A DNA stretch of 64,000 bases from Eledone cirrhosa (GCA_964016885.1 OZ024743.1:80848001-80912000); one strand, 5' to 3'. Positions 16,067 through 29,504 are shown, numbered from the stretch's first letter. The notes: generated by a model from the sequence alone, not told the origin. Made by a program: numbers and translations.

Positions 16067-16372
16067 GGTTGCTAGGATGCGTCCATAGGCGGTATGCCGG
16101 TTGAGCACTCTATGCTCCTTCGGAGCAGAGAATAATAATATGGAAAACGAAGAATCAGTGATGCATCGGAACACAATTTATTACGTATTACAATTGTTTC
16201 TCCGGCGAACAGCTCGAGGTGCGATCTGTTTGTGGATCGAACCTGACTCTGGATTCGCAAGTTCCTTCGATCCACAAACAGATCGCACCTCGAGCTATTC
16301 GCCTGAGAAACAATTGCAATACGTAATAAATTGTGTTTCGATGCATCACTGATTCTTCGTTTTCCATATCAT
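16063..16372. mobile_element. Fold-back mini-element in (TA)n
   Basis: ~100 bp inverted arms (16138-16240 / 16266-16368). The loop region resembles 2930-2995, which carries a degenerate long-stem HHR on the minus strand. Confidence 0.75.
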
Positions 16373-16431
<59 letters not shown>

Positions 16432-16641
16432 CGTTTCTGAATTTGTTTAGCAGGATTCTTTATCTGAAAACGTGTGTTGAAACCGGTATTGTTATACTTT
16501 GGGAGGGTCATGTTGCCAATAAGAAACACACGCACCAGTTGCTTTCACTTCAATTTATTATAAATTAAATTAATAAATTTAGGAATTTATAAATATCCGG
16601 TTGGTTGGTTGGTTCCACAACCAGACGATTGTTCATATATT

Positions 16642-16684
16642 GTCAAAGTTCTTTCGTCACACATTATGTGACCTCTTCAGTGAC
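16642..16684 (-). ncRNA. Minimal HHR motif
   Basis: gtca CTGAAGA ggtcacat-a-atgtgac GAAA gaactt tgac, downstream of an inverted GIY-YIG fragment. Confidence 0.6.
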
Positions 16685-16973
16685 TGGGGATTCTTTTCTT
16701 TGTTTGTGTGCCTATCCTTTGTTCTGTCCTACGCCATCTTGTTTTTGTGTGTGTTGTGTGCTTAGTTTGCGCATGTGTTACATCCGGGTGTCTGTGTGTG
16801 TTTATATTTGTTTATTTATTTGTTTATTTACATGTTACTGGTTGGTTGTTTGTTCTACCTATGTACACTATATTCTTATCTCTACATTGTCCTTCAGTAC
16901 ATTTTATGCTATATACTAAATTTCTAGTTTTACAGTTAATATAAAAACACTTATTAACAATACATACCCTTTT

Positions 16974-17369
16974 CAAAGACTTCCCTGTATAGATAAGAAA
17001 TGTATAATCTGTAAACTAAGCCCCCATATTAACTGTAAAACTAGAAATGTAGTATATAGCATAAGATGTACTGAAGGACAATGTAGAGATAAGAATATAG
17101 TGTACATAGGTGAGACAGCTCGTAGTATAGGGAAACGGATAAATGAACACTGGCGAGAGCTTCGAGATAGTAAAGAATCTTCTGTACTCCACCAACATGC
17201 TAAAATAGAACATAAGGGTAAATTAGAGAACATAGAAATAAAAATAGAATCTACACACAGAAAAGAAGCAATGTTGAGACAAATCACAGAGGCAATCAAC
17301 ATAAATGAACTCCAACCAAAATTAAATAGAAAACATGAATGGAACAGCAACATCACAACTTACAATTAA
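16974..17369 (+). pseudogene. PLE GIY-YIG endonuclease domain (element 3' end)
   Basis: CIDKKCIIC...NCKTRNVVYSIRC...YIGETARSIGKRINEH...VLHQHA...RQITEAININELQPKLNRKHEW. An inverted, internally deleted copy lies at 16810-16942. Confidence 0.9.
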
Positions 17370-17525
17370 GGACAAAATGAAAACACACACACATAGAACA
17401 AACAACCAATCAGTAACATGTAAATAAACACATAAAGTAGAAGATGCTAGATGGTCGGTCGTCCTCTTGTCTATGATTTTCAGCCCCATGGATTTTATCT
17501 GTTATATTCCTTTGTTATATTTCGA

Positions 17526-17583
17526 ATACCTGATGATATCACCGGATTCATACGGAACCCGGTCATTGAAATGATCATAGTAT
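17526..17583 (+). ncRNA. Type I HHR motif
   Basis: atac CTGATGA tatcaccgg...ccggtcatt GAAA tgatca TA gtat. The tail to 17775 is homologous to the reverse complement of 23795-23985. Confidence 0.7.
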
Positions 17584-17771
17584 AATAAACCTTTCAAGGA
17601 TTTACACAAGTTCAGCCTCCTGTTATTTTATTATAATTAACTCCGTACTCGCACCACCAACTACACAAACGAAGACGGGTGAGCTGCATTACGTTGAGTA
17701 CTCTCCATAATATTACATCGTGATTGACCATACGGAATGACCAAGTCTATCCAGTGGTGAACCAACAAGCC

Positions 17772-17816
<45 letters not shown>

Positions 17817-17818
<2 letters not shown>

Positions 17819-18019
17819 CGGAGGAAATGTGGTAAGGAACCAGGTGGACCATAACGCACCAAAGTACTCAATACTTAGGGTAGTAGAGCGGGTAATCGGA
17901 ACAAGTAGGACCCCGACGGCTGAGCCCAAGCCGTTTCGACGGCTAATTCTGGACTAAAAAATTAGTCCAGAATTAGCCGTCGAAACGGCTTGAGCTCAGC
18001 CGTCGGGGTCCTACTCGTT

Positions 18020-18023
<4 letters not shown>
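17817..18023. mobile_element. Fold-back mini-element, family A
   Basis: Hairpin centred at ~17959, (TA)n flanks. Confidence 0.8.
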
Positions 18024-18086
<63 letters not shown>

Positions 18087-18129
18087 ACATATATGTATGT
18101 ATGTACATCCTTGCCGTATATTCTGAACC

Positions 18130-18350
18130 ACATATTAAAGAGAATGTAATATGATTTGAAAACATGAAGTCTTCAGCAAATCTAAATCTGCTGATTAGAG
18201 GCTGTCGTAGTTTAACTTTATTCCACTGAGTCTCTTCCTGCTGATATAACAAACCTCGTTGTAATACTGTAATTACTGGTCATTGTTCAATGTTTCTAAC
18301 GTCTGTCGGCCAAATCAACTGAGAGCATATTGGTTGCTATGGATACACAA
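18130..18350 (-). pseudogene. Highly degraded LINE RT fragment
   Basis: LISRFRFAEDFM resembles the I..LRFADD catalytic motif. Confidence 0.35.
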
Positions 18351-19654
18351 CAGATTTTAATTTTAATGTATTTCCTTCTGAAATTTGTAACAAAAAATTA
18401 GTATTTGTAGATGAATTCCATTCTATTATTATTTCACTTTTGTAATTATTATGACATGCGTGTTCGGCCCACGATTGTAAGTTTGTGAGATCGGATCCTG
18501 GTGTTGCGTTTTTCTTGAGAAAGACACATTTTTTTCCAATTTGTCAGAGTCAAACCAGCTGAAATTAACCAGCTGAAATTAGTAATTACTAATTTAATGT
18601 GTCTGCCTTGCTAAAGACTGTGTCACATCGTTTTTTCCTTGTGTTAAAAGTCCGCGTGTCTGTGGAATGGTCAGCAATCCCTTGCAAGTTCATTTCATGA
18701 GCAGGCTTTTCTGTTGGTGAAGCACTAGTCGTAGATTGAGTCGGAGGGTTCAACACCGATACAGATTATTATCCACAGATATAATGCAGTGATAAGATAC
18801 GAACTCGCAACAACCCGATTTATATTGCTTGCTGACCCATCATAGCCACCAACTCTCTCCGTTTTTCTGGTCTCGTCGAAACCAATCAATAATCTTTGCT
18901 GACTGAATGTTCAATGCTGCTTAGCTATCACTCTCGGTGTGAGTGGGTAGATTACATATATTCGTGATATTGAAGATTCAATATATGATATCGTTAAACT
19001 CGTTAAAAACGTTGACGTGTATTCGGCTACTTTAAGACAATGAGTTTGAAGCCACTTACTGCAAGCTCTTCTGGCTTGTTGAGTAATTACAGAGAAAGTG
19101 GTGAGATTTTGCGCCCACAGTGATAGTTATTGACGCAGTAAAATCAAGTGTCATACAGCTATTTATCAACTCTATTAGAAGCACCAATTACATTTATTAG
19201 CCGCCATACTTGAATTTTAAATTCGACTAAACCAAGCAAAAATAAATTGAATCCATAATGCAAATACTACTAAATAATAATTGTGATAACAATAAAAGGT
19301 TGGCGATAGCAAACTTATGTTGTTAAAATATTGTGTAGCTTCATATTCAGAGAAAATGTGAATCTGTGCTCTTCATGCCTTTCCATACGTGTGAGTCTAA
19401 TCGTTTCCTACAGCAGAGTATTAAATGTTATGAATAGATTACAATTCGTATTTTAGATTGTCCATGATCGTATATTTCAGGCCACTTATACCCCACAAGG
19501 AACCGACTTTCTGAGAAGGGGGTAATATCTGCCGATTTTTATTTATGGCAGAAGCATCAATACATTTTCGAAGACAGGGTGCCGGACTTGAGCTCAGAAC
19601 GCACAGATCCAGAACAGATACCCCCGACTCATTAACGAATAATCTAATCCACTA

Positions 19655-19805
19655 CCCCTCTATTGGTACTTTATTTGTTGACCCTAAAAGAATGAAGGGC
19701 AGAGTGGCCCTCGGCAGGATTTGAAATCAGAGTGAAGAGAGTCCGAACGAAAACCGAACCATTTAATCCGACGTTCTTATGACTCTGCTAATTCCTCACC
19801 TCGAT
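19655..19805 (-). mobile_element. Diverged SINE copy
   Basis: ggtactttatttgttgaccctaaaagaatgaagggc...cggcaggatttgaa. Confidence 0.7.
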
Positions 19806-20030
19806 GTGATTATACATGTATGTGTTTGAATCAGTACCATCTAGTTTTACACCTGGTATCAATATATTTCCAGGTATCAAAAACACCTCCACCTTGCAAA
19901 CACAATCTTTTATTCTTTTACACGTCCGAACCCATGTGATGCGGCCATGCTGTGGCACTCAAAGTTTGATTTCAAAATTTCGAAAATAGTATTTCCCAAA
20001 TCCTTCCTGTAGTAGTAGTAGTAGTAGTAT

Positions 20031-20077
<47 letters not shown>

Positions 20078-20558
20078 CCACCACCACCACCAACAACAGG
20101 AACAATAACAAAAATGACAACAAGAGCAACTACAGTCATCAACACCATCACCATAGCCGACACCACCATCAACAACAACCACTACACCAAGAATCACCAC
20201 TACCAGCATCACAATCGTCACTACCATAACGAAATCAAACACCACCACCACCACTACCAATAATACCACCTTCACATCCAATTACTGATGAACAAAACCT
20301 CTGGCGGTTCTTTTATCATTACACTTTCTACCATCAACAACCACTGTCTATCTAGTTCAGTACATCACTACCTTTCTCTCACACTCTCTCACTTTATCTC
20401 TCTCTCTTTCACTCGATCTCTATCTCTTTGTCTCTGTCTCACAATCTCTCACTCTCTCTCTGTCTCTCAAAGTTTCTCTTTCTCTCTCGCTCTTTATATA
20501 AGGACAACGTGGAATGGTGTGAGACGAGCCAATGTTTAATTCATTTCCTTCACACAAG

Positions 20559-20611
<53 letters not shown>

Positions 20612-20671
20612 TAAAATCATACACACACATATATATATATACAATATATATATATATATATATATATACAA

Positions 20672-20726
<55 letters not shown>

Positions 20727-20850
20727 CGTTATATATTTGTGTGTTTATATATATATATATATATATATATAAACACACAAATATATAACGTATATATATA
20801 TATATATATACACACAAATATATAACGTATATATATATATATATATATAT

Positions 20851-20888
<38 letters not shown>

Positions 20889-21331
20889 AAAGCAATTCCT
20901 CCTTAGACTTCATCTGACTTTAAGTCGCTGTTTATATTAAGTTGGTGTCATGAATAATTTAATAGCGATATGTAAGAGTGTATAATAATTCATGCTAATA
21001 TGGGACCCTTTTGGGCCTGGGTTACACACAAAAAGATTATAATAAATAAATAAATGAAGAAGAAGATCAGGAAGAGATGCTTCCAGCAATTTTCTGTGTT
21101 GCTCTCTTTGCAAAACAATTAATTTGGGGAGACTGAGTATTTTTATGAAACCCACAAATATTTGTATTAGTAGTAGTGTTGGTGGTTGATGATGGGCTGT
21201 GTTACATATGAACTAACGTGTAATCATATAGAGAGTTAGATAGAGAGATAGAGAGAGAGGAAGACAAACGAGAGGGAGAGAGAGACAGGAAGACAAACGA
21301 GAGGGAGAAAGAGATAGACAGGAAGACAAAC

Positions 21332-21429
<98 letters not shown>

Positions 21430-21535
21430 AAGACAAACGAGAGAAAGAGAGAGAGAGAATACACACATTGAAGAGTATGTTCAGGACGATCCTATAGACT
21501 GGGTGTATGCATTTCACAGTACATATATATATACT

Positions 21536-22267
21536 AGCTTGAAACTAGTACATCGTTCCTGTGTCAGTGTTGAACAAAAAGGTGACGTGGTTGCCTAAAC
21601 ATTGTACGGCGTAATTCGGGCTGTTTGTTTGTTTACAAACAAACAAACCGAGCATTATAATAGATGTTCGGTAAACCGATACGTGCATATATATATGTGT
21701 GCATGTATGTATATATATACATACTACTGTACGTCTGTATACATATATGTATGTACGTATACATACATACTTACATTTAAGTAACTGCCGTACTAAGAGT
21801 GAGAAATGAAATTTCGTTTCATTCTATTCCATTTATCGCTTTCGGTGCGCCCAGCCGACTAAACTCACTCGATATGCAAATTAGGCTGCTCAGCCGTTAA
21901 TATGCATAAGGAAAGTATATACTTTCAGACGTTCAACCATCTGGCAGGAAGGTATACGATGCTGACGATAGCTAATAAGCTTGAAACTAGTACATCGTTC
22001 CTGTGTCAGTGTTGAACAAAAGGTGACGTGGTTGCCTAAACACTGTACGGCGTAATTCGGGCTGTTTGTTTGTTTACAAACAAACAAACCGAGCATTATA
22101 ATAGATGTTCGGTAAACCGATACGTGCATATATATATGTGTGCATGTATGTATATATATACATACGACTGTACGTCTGTATACATATATGTATGTACGTA
22201 TACATACATACTTACATTTAAGTAACTGTCGAACTAAAAGTGAGAAATGAAATTTCGTTTCATTCTA

Positions 22268-22270
<3 letters not shown>
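21536..22270 (+). mobile_element. Non-coding HHR element, ~1.7 tandem units of a 442 bp monomer (retrozyme-like)
   Basis: 21536-21829 is repeated at 21978-22270 and an intact HHR lies at the junction. The same family occurs in inverted form at 61590-62190. Confidence 0.8.
21956..21998 (+). ncRNA. Type I minimal HHR, intact core
   Basis: acgatg CTGACGA tagct-aata-agctt GAAA ctag TA catcgt; GUA cleavage triplet. Confidence 0.85.
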
Positions 22271-22309
<39 letters not shown>

Positions 22310-22312
<3 letters not shown>

Positions 22313-22697
22313 GCACACTATTTAGTTTTCCTTAATATACTTAGAAGTGTCTGGGATACTAATTCATCACCCACCGATGAGCAAGAATTGGTAATTCTAT
22401 TCACAATTAATTTTGCGAAACAACACCAAGTTGTCAGGGTGATTGGTAGTTACCACAATTCCGGTTTGTATTTATTTTCTTGATTTTTTCTTAAATTTAG
22501 ACAGGCAGACCCAACTGTATATAGTTAGTATTCTTTTCACCTTAGCGAATCCGATCCCTTACGATTTGAACACATATATCTATATATCTGTGTACGTTTT
22601 TCTTTTATATTCAATTATAATATACGGCTCGGAAATATCTCTTTCTTACAGCTATTTTATTGTAAGAGACTATTTTGATTTCCTAACTCAATATATA
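22310..22697 (+). mobile_element. HHR-bearing element related to 55840-56460
   Basis: HHR at 22366-22443 (tcaccca CCGATGA gcaagaatt...aattttgc GAAA caac-accaa-gttg TC agggtga, one core change). The 3' tail is homologous to 56325-56460. Confidence 0.7.
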
Positions 22698-22876
22698 CAT
22701 TTGATATATATATATATGTATATATATTATAAAGAAAACGAAAAATCAGTGATCCATTTGGACTTAGTTTATTTCGGCATGTAGCTCGAGTCATGGTCCT
22801 TGTATGGATCTGACTGATTCTACTTCTGCGTTTCTTTCAAACACGGGTGTTATATCCGGAGCAAATATATATTTGT

Positions 22877-22943
<67 letters not shown>

Positions 22944-23146
22944 ATATATTAGATATTAATTTAACAATGAAAATAATAACAACAAGGTTATTTTACCTAT
23001 TCATATCATTGTTTTACGATCATTTCGGAGGGTTCATCATATTGACATATTGTCTGATCTATAGCAGTTATATAACTGAAAACTATCAGACTTCAAATAT
23101 AGGTTTGATCCTTTGATCCGACCGTCTCCTTCGAAGGGTAGACCAC

Positions 23147-23213
<67 letters not shown>

Positions 23214-23751
23214 ATATATTTAAGTTGATCCAGGGTTCAATCGGGGTCCCCCCTTCCCCCCACACATTTATATATATAGAGAGATAGATAAAGAAAAACG
23301 ATGAAGTTTAGTTTACATGTATTTAATTTTTTATTGTGTATCGATCTGTTTCACACGTTTCGCAGAATATTGGTTCAGAATAGAGTAGCCTGAAGTAAAG
23401 TGTTTGCAATGCACCTAGGCCTTTGTGATATCGATTGATTTGGAAACATAATTTGTTCATATTGATTCATACGGTATAGATTCCTCAACTAGTGCCACCT
23501 TTAGGGGATATATTATTACCTGACGAGACAAGAGTATATTAATCTAGTGAAGGTTTCGGGCGTAGTTGATCCAATTTCCTTGCAACTGATTGTGTCCTAA
23601 CCTTGATTCTTTTTATTAAAATGTTTCGGTTCCTTTATCTGGCCTTCTCACACGACTACTGTGATTTCAGTGACATACTCAGATTACGTACGGTGAGACC
23701 TATAAATGTTTATCAATAGAGTACAAAATAAGCTTTGATATAGCTTATACA

Positions 23752-23794
<43 letters not shown>

Positions 23795-23797
<3 letters not shown>

Positions 23798-24019
23798 GGT
23801 TTGAGGTTCACCGCTTGATAGAGCTGGTCTATTCCGTATGGTCAATCGTAATGTAATAATATAGAGAGTACTCAACGTAAAGCAGTTCAACCGTCTTTGT
23901 TTTTGTAGTTGGTGGTGCTATTACGGAGTTAAATATTATAATGGAATGACAGGAGGCTGGATTTGTGTAAATCCTTGAAAGGATTTACACAAATCCAGCC
24001 TCCTGTCATTCCATTATAT

Positions 24020-24020
<1 letters not shown>
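23795..24020. mobile_element. Fold-back mini-element in (TA)n
   Basis: Perfect ~40 bp arms around 23978; the body is the reverse complement of 17590-17775. Confidence 0.8.
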
Positions 24021-24058
<38 letters not shown>

Positions 24059-24201
24059 TACAATAAATGTAATCAGAGTTTTTCGAATATTAATAATAGT
24101 ATTCAATTCGTTTGCAATTAGGCAAACAAGCCTCAATTTTAAAGCCATGTCAGTAGAATGAGCCAGCCCCTCATTCTTGCTCTTATGTTGGCAAGTAAAC
24201 A

Positions 24202-24251
24202 GAACTGCAGTCACTAATGTTTCTGGGTATTACCCTTCATCAGTACAGTTC
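24202..24251 (-). ncRNA. Type I HHR motif
   Basis: gaactgta CTGATGA agggta-a-taccca GAAA cattagtg AC tgcagttc (8 bp stem I; the U16.1 position appears mutated). Confidence 0.7.
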
Positions 24252-24487
24252 ACTGTTCACCTACCAACTGTCAGAGCTAGTGAAATATATATTTTCTAAA
24301 ATATACAGTGACTGATCGGCCTGATTTGCATATTAGCAGACTGGCTGATCAGTCAGATCTGCATATTAGCAGATCCACTGATCAGCCAGATTTGCATATC
24401 AGCAGACTGGCCAGTCAGTTTCCTGCATACGAGCGATTAATGGCCGGCTTTGCCACATTTGAATAAAAAAAAATATATATATATATT

Positions 24488-25270
24488 AGAAAATGAGGTT
24501 CTTTTTACAAAATTAAAAAAAAAATAACGAGACCTCCTACACAAGTGAAAGTATAAGGGAAAAAGATGAAATCGAAAATGCAACTGGAGTCTTTTTAAGA
24601 ATATTTATTTGGTTCCTTTACCGGTTCCGCAGTTCTTATGCTTTCAAAAGTAGAATTGGGATGGAGGGTCTGTGGTTTTTCTCGCATCTGGTTGGTGTTC
24701 GGATGTTACTTTCTGTTTTATATGGAAAAAAGTGGCTCGAAATGCTAGGCTTTTAGAAAAGTAATTTGGTTGGTTGATGACTGTCACGTGAATAAGTATA
24801 ATACATTTCGTGCCAGATCGCGTTACAAAGTTCTTATTATATTTGGCTTTAAAAAAGAAAGAGGGGGGAGGGCTCAGATTGCTCTTTCATAGATGAGTGA
24901 AATTTGGTTGGTTGATGCAGTCACGTGAATAAGCCCATCAAATTTCACGCCAGTTTGTGTTTGAGTCTCTTTTTACTTAAAAAAGTGGCTCAAAAGTTTT
25001 TTTTTATAAATGTAATTTGATTGGTTTTAAATGAAATTATAACTTGTTTAAATGAAATTATAACTTGTCACCTGAACAAGTACATTCAATTTTGCGCCCG
25101 TATTTGGGAATTTTTTTTGTAGCTATTTAGAGAATTTTGTGCCAAACAAAAGATAAGGGTCAAGAAAAAAGGAATGAGGAGAATTGTTCTGGTTTAGTGA
25201 GTATGGCTGACGTGCTGAGGTGTCAAAATTCAGACTTTCTATTGAAATAAATAAAGTAGAGATATGTACT
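24488..25270. repeat. Interspersed non-coding repeat
   Basis: 24490-24686 is the reverse complement of 29985-30178; a diverged copy lies at ~53020-53300. Confidence 0.7.
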
Positions 25271-25295
25271 TTTTATTTGTGTGGTGGTGGTGGTG

Positions 25296-25329
<34 letters not shown>

Positions 25330-25672
25330 GAAAATGATTCCGTTAGTAGAAATGGGGGAGGGAGTTATGTGTGTGTGGGGGATATGGTTAGCATGTTAAG
25401 ATGTTAACGTATGTAAGGTTTATTTAGACCACGTTTTTATTTTCGAATATAGAAGGTGTATTAACGCTGGATAGCGAGTTTTATTACACTGGAATTTCGC
25501 CCATTTATCACAGGTTAATTAGACAAGAACAATACGTATCTGATGACCCTGTGATTAACATGAAAAGTACGAGAGTAACAATACACCTTTTTTATCCTAA
25601 ATAAAATGAGTGTTGAAACTATACTTCGGTATTGAATACTCCTTACTCGCAGCCGTCACCCATATACGGATG

Positions 25673-25737
<65 letters not shown>

Positions 25738-25971
25738 ACACACACACACAAGCACATATATATATATATCATTTGTGCTGGTACTATATGATATATGGCA
25801 AACAATCTCAGTATTTGTGACATTTGTTAAGTGAATACTAGTGATATTGGTTGCTAGCAAAAGAAGCAATATGGCGGATGAACAATAAAAGGAGAACTTA
25901 AAGGTAGAGATATTTATAGATATGTATATATGTGCTGTGTGTCACTCTCTCTCTCTCACACACACATACAT

Positions 25972-26004
<33 letters not shown>

Positions 26005-26006
<2 letters not shown>

Positions 26007-26208
26007 ACGAAGGAAGTATGGTAAGGAACCAGGTGGACCATAACGCACCAGAGTAGTCGATACTTTGGGTAGTAGAGTGGGTAATAGGAAAAAGTTCAGG
26101 ATGCCGACGGCAGAGCTCAAGCCGTTTCGACGGCTGTTTCTGGACTGAAAGAGTCCAGAAATAGCCGTCAAAACGGCTTGAGCTCTGCCATCGGGGTCCT
26201 GAACTTTT

Positions 26209-26212
<4 letters not shown>
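26005..26212. mobile_element. Fold-back mini-element, family A (diverged)
   Basis: Hairpin centred at ~26149, (TA)n flanks. Confidence 0.8.
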
Positions 26213-26244
<32 letters not shown>

Positions 26245-26247
<3 letters not shown>

Positions 26248-26609
26248 GATATTAACAAATGGAAACTATATTTATAAAACCATATTTATTTCACTATACA
26301 TATTTCAAGGACACCGAGTTAGATTATGGTGTGCTTTCATCAGACAAAATATAATATAGATCAGTTTTATAAATAAATATTGACATACCCTTAAAAAATG
26401 CAACCATTACTATATTATATTTTGTCTGATGAAAGCACACCATAATCTAACTTGGTGTCCTTGAAATATGTATAGTGAAATAAATATGGTTTTATAAATA
26501 TAGTTTCCATTTGTTAATATCGTATGTTTACTCCAAATACTTGTTGAGTGCTTTATATCAGTTATAAAAATATTTGCTTGTTGTATCCCAACAATTTAAA
26601 TAGAACTTT

Positions 26610-26612
<3 letters not shown>
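26245..26612. mobile_element. Fold-back element with HHR motifs on both arms
   Basis: Arms 26245-26358 / 26411-26524. Plus HHR CTGATGA aagcacacca...tggtgtcctt GAAA tatgta TA at 26418-26482. Confidence 0.8.
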
Positions 26613-26645
<33 letters not shown>

Positions 26646-26729
26646 CCGAAATATTATATTTATATATGTGCTGTGTGTGTCTCTCTCTCTTTCTCTTTCT
26701 TTCTCTCTCTCTCTCACACACTCACACAT

Positions 26730-26792
<63 letters not shown>

Positions 26793-26935
26793 AGTTTGCG
26801 CATGTGCATATATATATATATGCACATGCACAAACTTAAATATATATATAGATACACACACAAACGTTCCTCACTTCGCCCCATTATTCAAAGACAAGAC
26901 CGACACATTTTGGTTATGCATGCCAGACTGAGAGA

Positions 26936-26999
<64 letters not shown>

Positions 27000-27062
27000 T
27001 GTGTGTGTGTGTGAGAGAGAGCGAGCGCGCGCGCGAGAGAGAGAGAGTGAGAGAGAGAGAGA

Positions 27063-27144
<82 letters not shown>

Positions 27145-27399
27145 TATTCATATCTTTGATGACAACTCCATAGCGTGTGAGTGACAATTTTATTTTGCTA
27201 TGGTGTTGATTTGTGAACTAGGCTGATGCTGTTGACAGATACAGAGACATGTTAGTCAGAGAAGCCAATATATACACTGTTGGTTGGTAATGGTGTCACA
27301 ACTAAACACTCTTCGCTAAATGATATTCTAGCTAAAACGGCGATATTCAGTATCTAGGGAGGGTTAAACCAGCTAACTATCTTATCATCTCTCTCCCAA

Positions 27400-28640
27400 A
27401 TGGTGTTGTGTTGGTCCAGTTGGTGCTATTGCTGCTGTTGGTGTTGGTGTTGGTGGCTTTGCTGCTGTTGGTGTTGGTGTTGGTGTTGGTGGCATTGCTG
27501 TTGTTGGTTTTGGGGTTGGTTCAGTTGGTGGTATTGCTGCTGTTGTGTTGGTGTTGGTGGCATTGCTGCTGTTGTGTTGGTGTTGGTCCAGATGGTGGTA
27601 TTGCTGCTGTTGGTGTTGGTGTTGGTGGCATTGCTGCTGTTGTGTTGGTGTTGGTGGCATTGCTGCTGTTGTGTTGGTGTTGGTGGCATTGCTGCTGTTG
27701 TGTTGGTGTTGGTCCAGATGGTGGTATTGCTGCTGTTGGTGTTGGTGTTGGTGGCATTGCTGCTGTTGTGTTGGTGTTGGTGGCATTGCTGCTGTTGTGT
27801 TGGTGTTGGTCCAGTTGGTGCTATTGCTGCTGTTGTGTTGGGGTTGGTGGCATTGCTGTTGTTGTTGTTGGGGTTGGTGGCATTGCTGCTGTTGGAGTTG
27901 GTGTTGGTTCAGCTGGTGGTATTGCTGCTGTTGGTGTGGGGGTTGGTGGTATTTCTGTTGTTGTGTTGGTGTTGGTGGCATTGCTGCTGTTGGTGTTGGT
28001 GGTATTGCTGCTGTTGGTGTTGGTGGTATTGCTGCTGTTGGTGTTGGTGGTATTTCTGATGTTGGTGTTGGTGTTTGTGGTATTGCTGCTGTTGGTGTTG
28101 GTGGTATTGCTGCTGTTGGTGTTGGTGGTATTGCTGCTGTTGGTGTTGGTGTTGGTGGTATTTCTGATGTTGGTGTTGGTGTTGGTGGTATTGCTGCTGT
28201 TGGTGTTGGTGTTGGTGGTATTGCTGCTGTTGGTGTTGGTGTTGGTGGTATTGGTGGTAACATTGTTAGTATTGGCAGTGGTTGTTGTGGCTGTTATTGT
28301 TCTTGTTGTGGTGGTGGCTTTTACTGTTGTTGCTGTTGTTGTTGTTAGTGGTGGTGTGGGTGATGGCGGTTGTACTGCTATTGATGATCGTGGTGGTGGT
28401 AGTGGTGGAGCTGGTGTTGGTGTAGGTTGTGGTGGGGACGGTGATGGTGGTGTTGGTCGTGAGGGTGGTGTTGGTGGTGGTGAGGGTGGTTGTGGTGTTG
28501 TTGTAATTGTTGTTATCGTTGGTGGTGTTGTTGCGGGAGGGAGTGTTGTGGGTGGTGGTGGTGGTGGTGTTGCGGGTGGCGGTGTTGCGGGAGGTGTAGG
28601 TGTTGGAGGTGGTGGTGTTGGTGGTGAGGGTGGTGTTCGT
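27400..28640. repeat. Complex GGT/GTT/GCT minisatellite
   Basis: Units such as ggtgttggtggtattgctgctgtt; open in most frames because of low complexity. Confidence 0.9.
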
Positions 28641-28844
28641 TGTAATATTGTTATTGTTATTTGCACATCTGTTTGTCTGCTTTATTCTGCCCCCCCCCTT
28701 CAGTTTCTGTACAAAACGTGATGATGTGTGAGTTATGTGTGAAAGTGTGCTTACATAGACACGCATAGACGTAAACTTGAGACAAAAACAGACATATATA
28801 TAATTTATCTGCATGTCTAGATAAATATGTATACATACCCATTT

Positions 28845-28910
<66 letters not shown>

Positions 28911-29048
28911 ATATATATATATAAATATATATACATATATACATGCATATATGTTTAGATACACACACACACACACATACATATATATATACGTGTATAT
29001 ATATATATATATATAAATGAAAGGTATAGAAATATATATATATATATA

Positions 29049-29085
<37 letters not shown>

Positions 29086-29144
29086 GATGTACGTATATGT
29101 ATATATTTATATATACATATATACATGCATATATGTTTAGATAT

Positions 29145-29196
<52 letters not shown>

Positions 29197-29201
29197 GTAT
29201 A

Positions 29202-29233
<32 letters not shown>

Positions 29234-29504
29234 CATACACGTATGTATGCCTGTGTGTTTGTGAGAATAGTAATGCGATATTGAGTTGCGTGCTCTTTGC
29301 TTTTCGCCCATTGAGAAATCGATAAAATAAATACAATCTCGCGGTCAATATAATCGACTAAAAGCCTTCAATGTAATGCCCAAACATGCTTGCCATACAA
29401 AACGTAATAACACTGACACACACAGACACGGCCACAGATACACACACAATCAGATAGACACACACACCGACACACATACACACACATATATATATATTAT
29501 ATTA

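Noticed and set aside
17110-17396. Deletion in the inverted GIY-YIG copy as a spliced GT-AG intron
   Set aside because: The junction reads cataggtagaac rather than the catagaac expected from exact splicing, so it is better explained as a microhomology deletion.
13751-25580. Additional partial HHR-like cores at ~13755, ~16466, ~23520 and ~25540 (also ~4890, ~56838 and ~62833)
   Set aside because: Core boxes are incomplete or the stems are unconvincing by eye, so they are not called without a covariance-model score.
27385-28721. Long Pro/Thr/Gln-rich ORFs resembling a mucin or extensin
   Set aside because: Open in nearly all frames because of trinucleotide-based repeats, with no unique domain or splice support.
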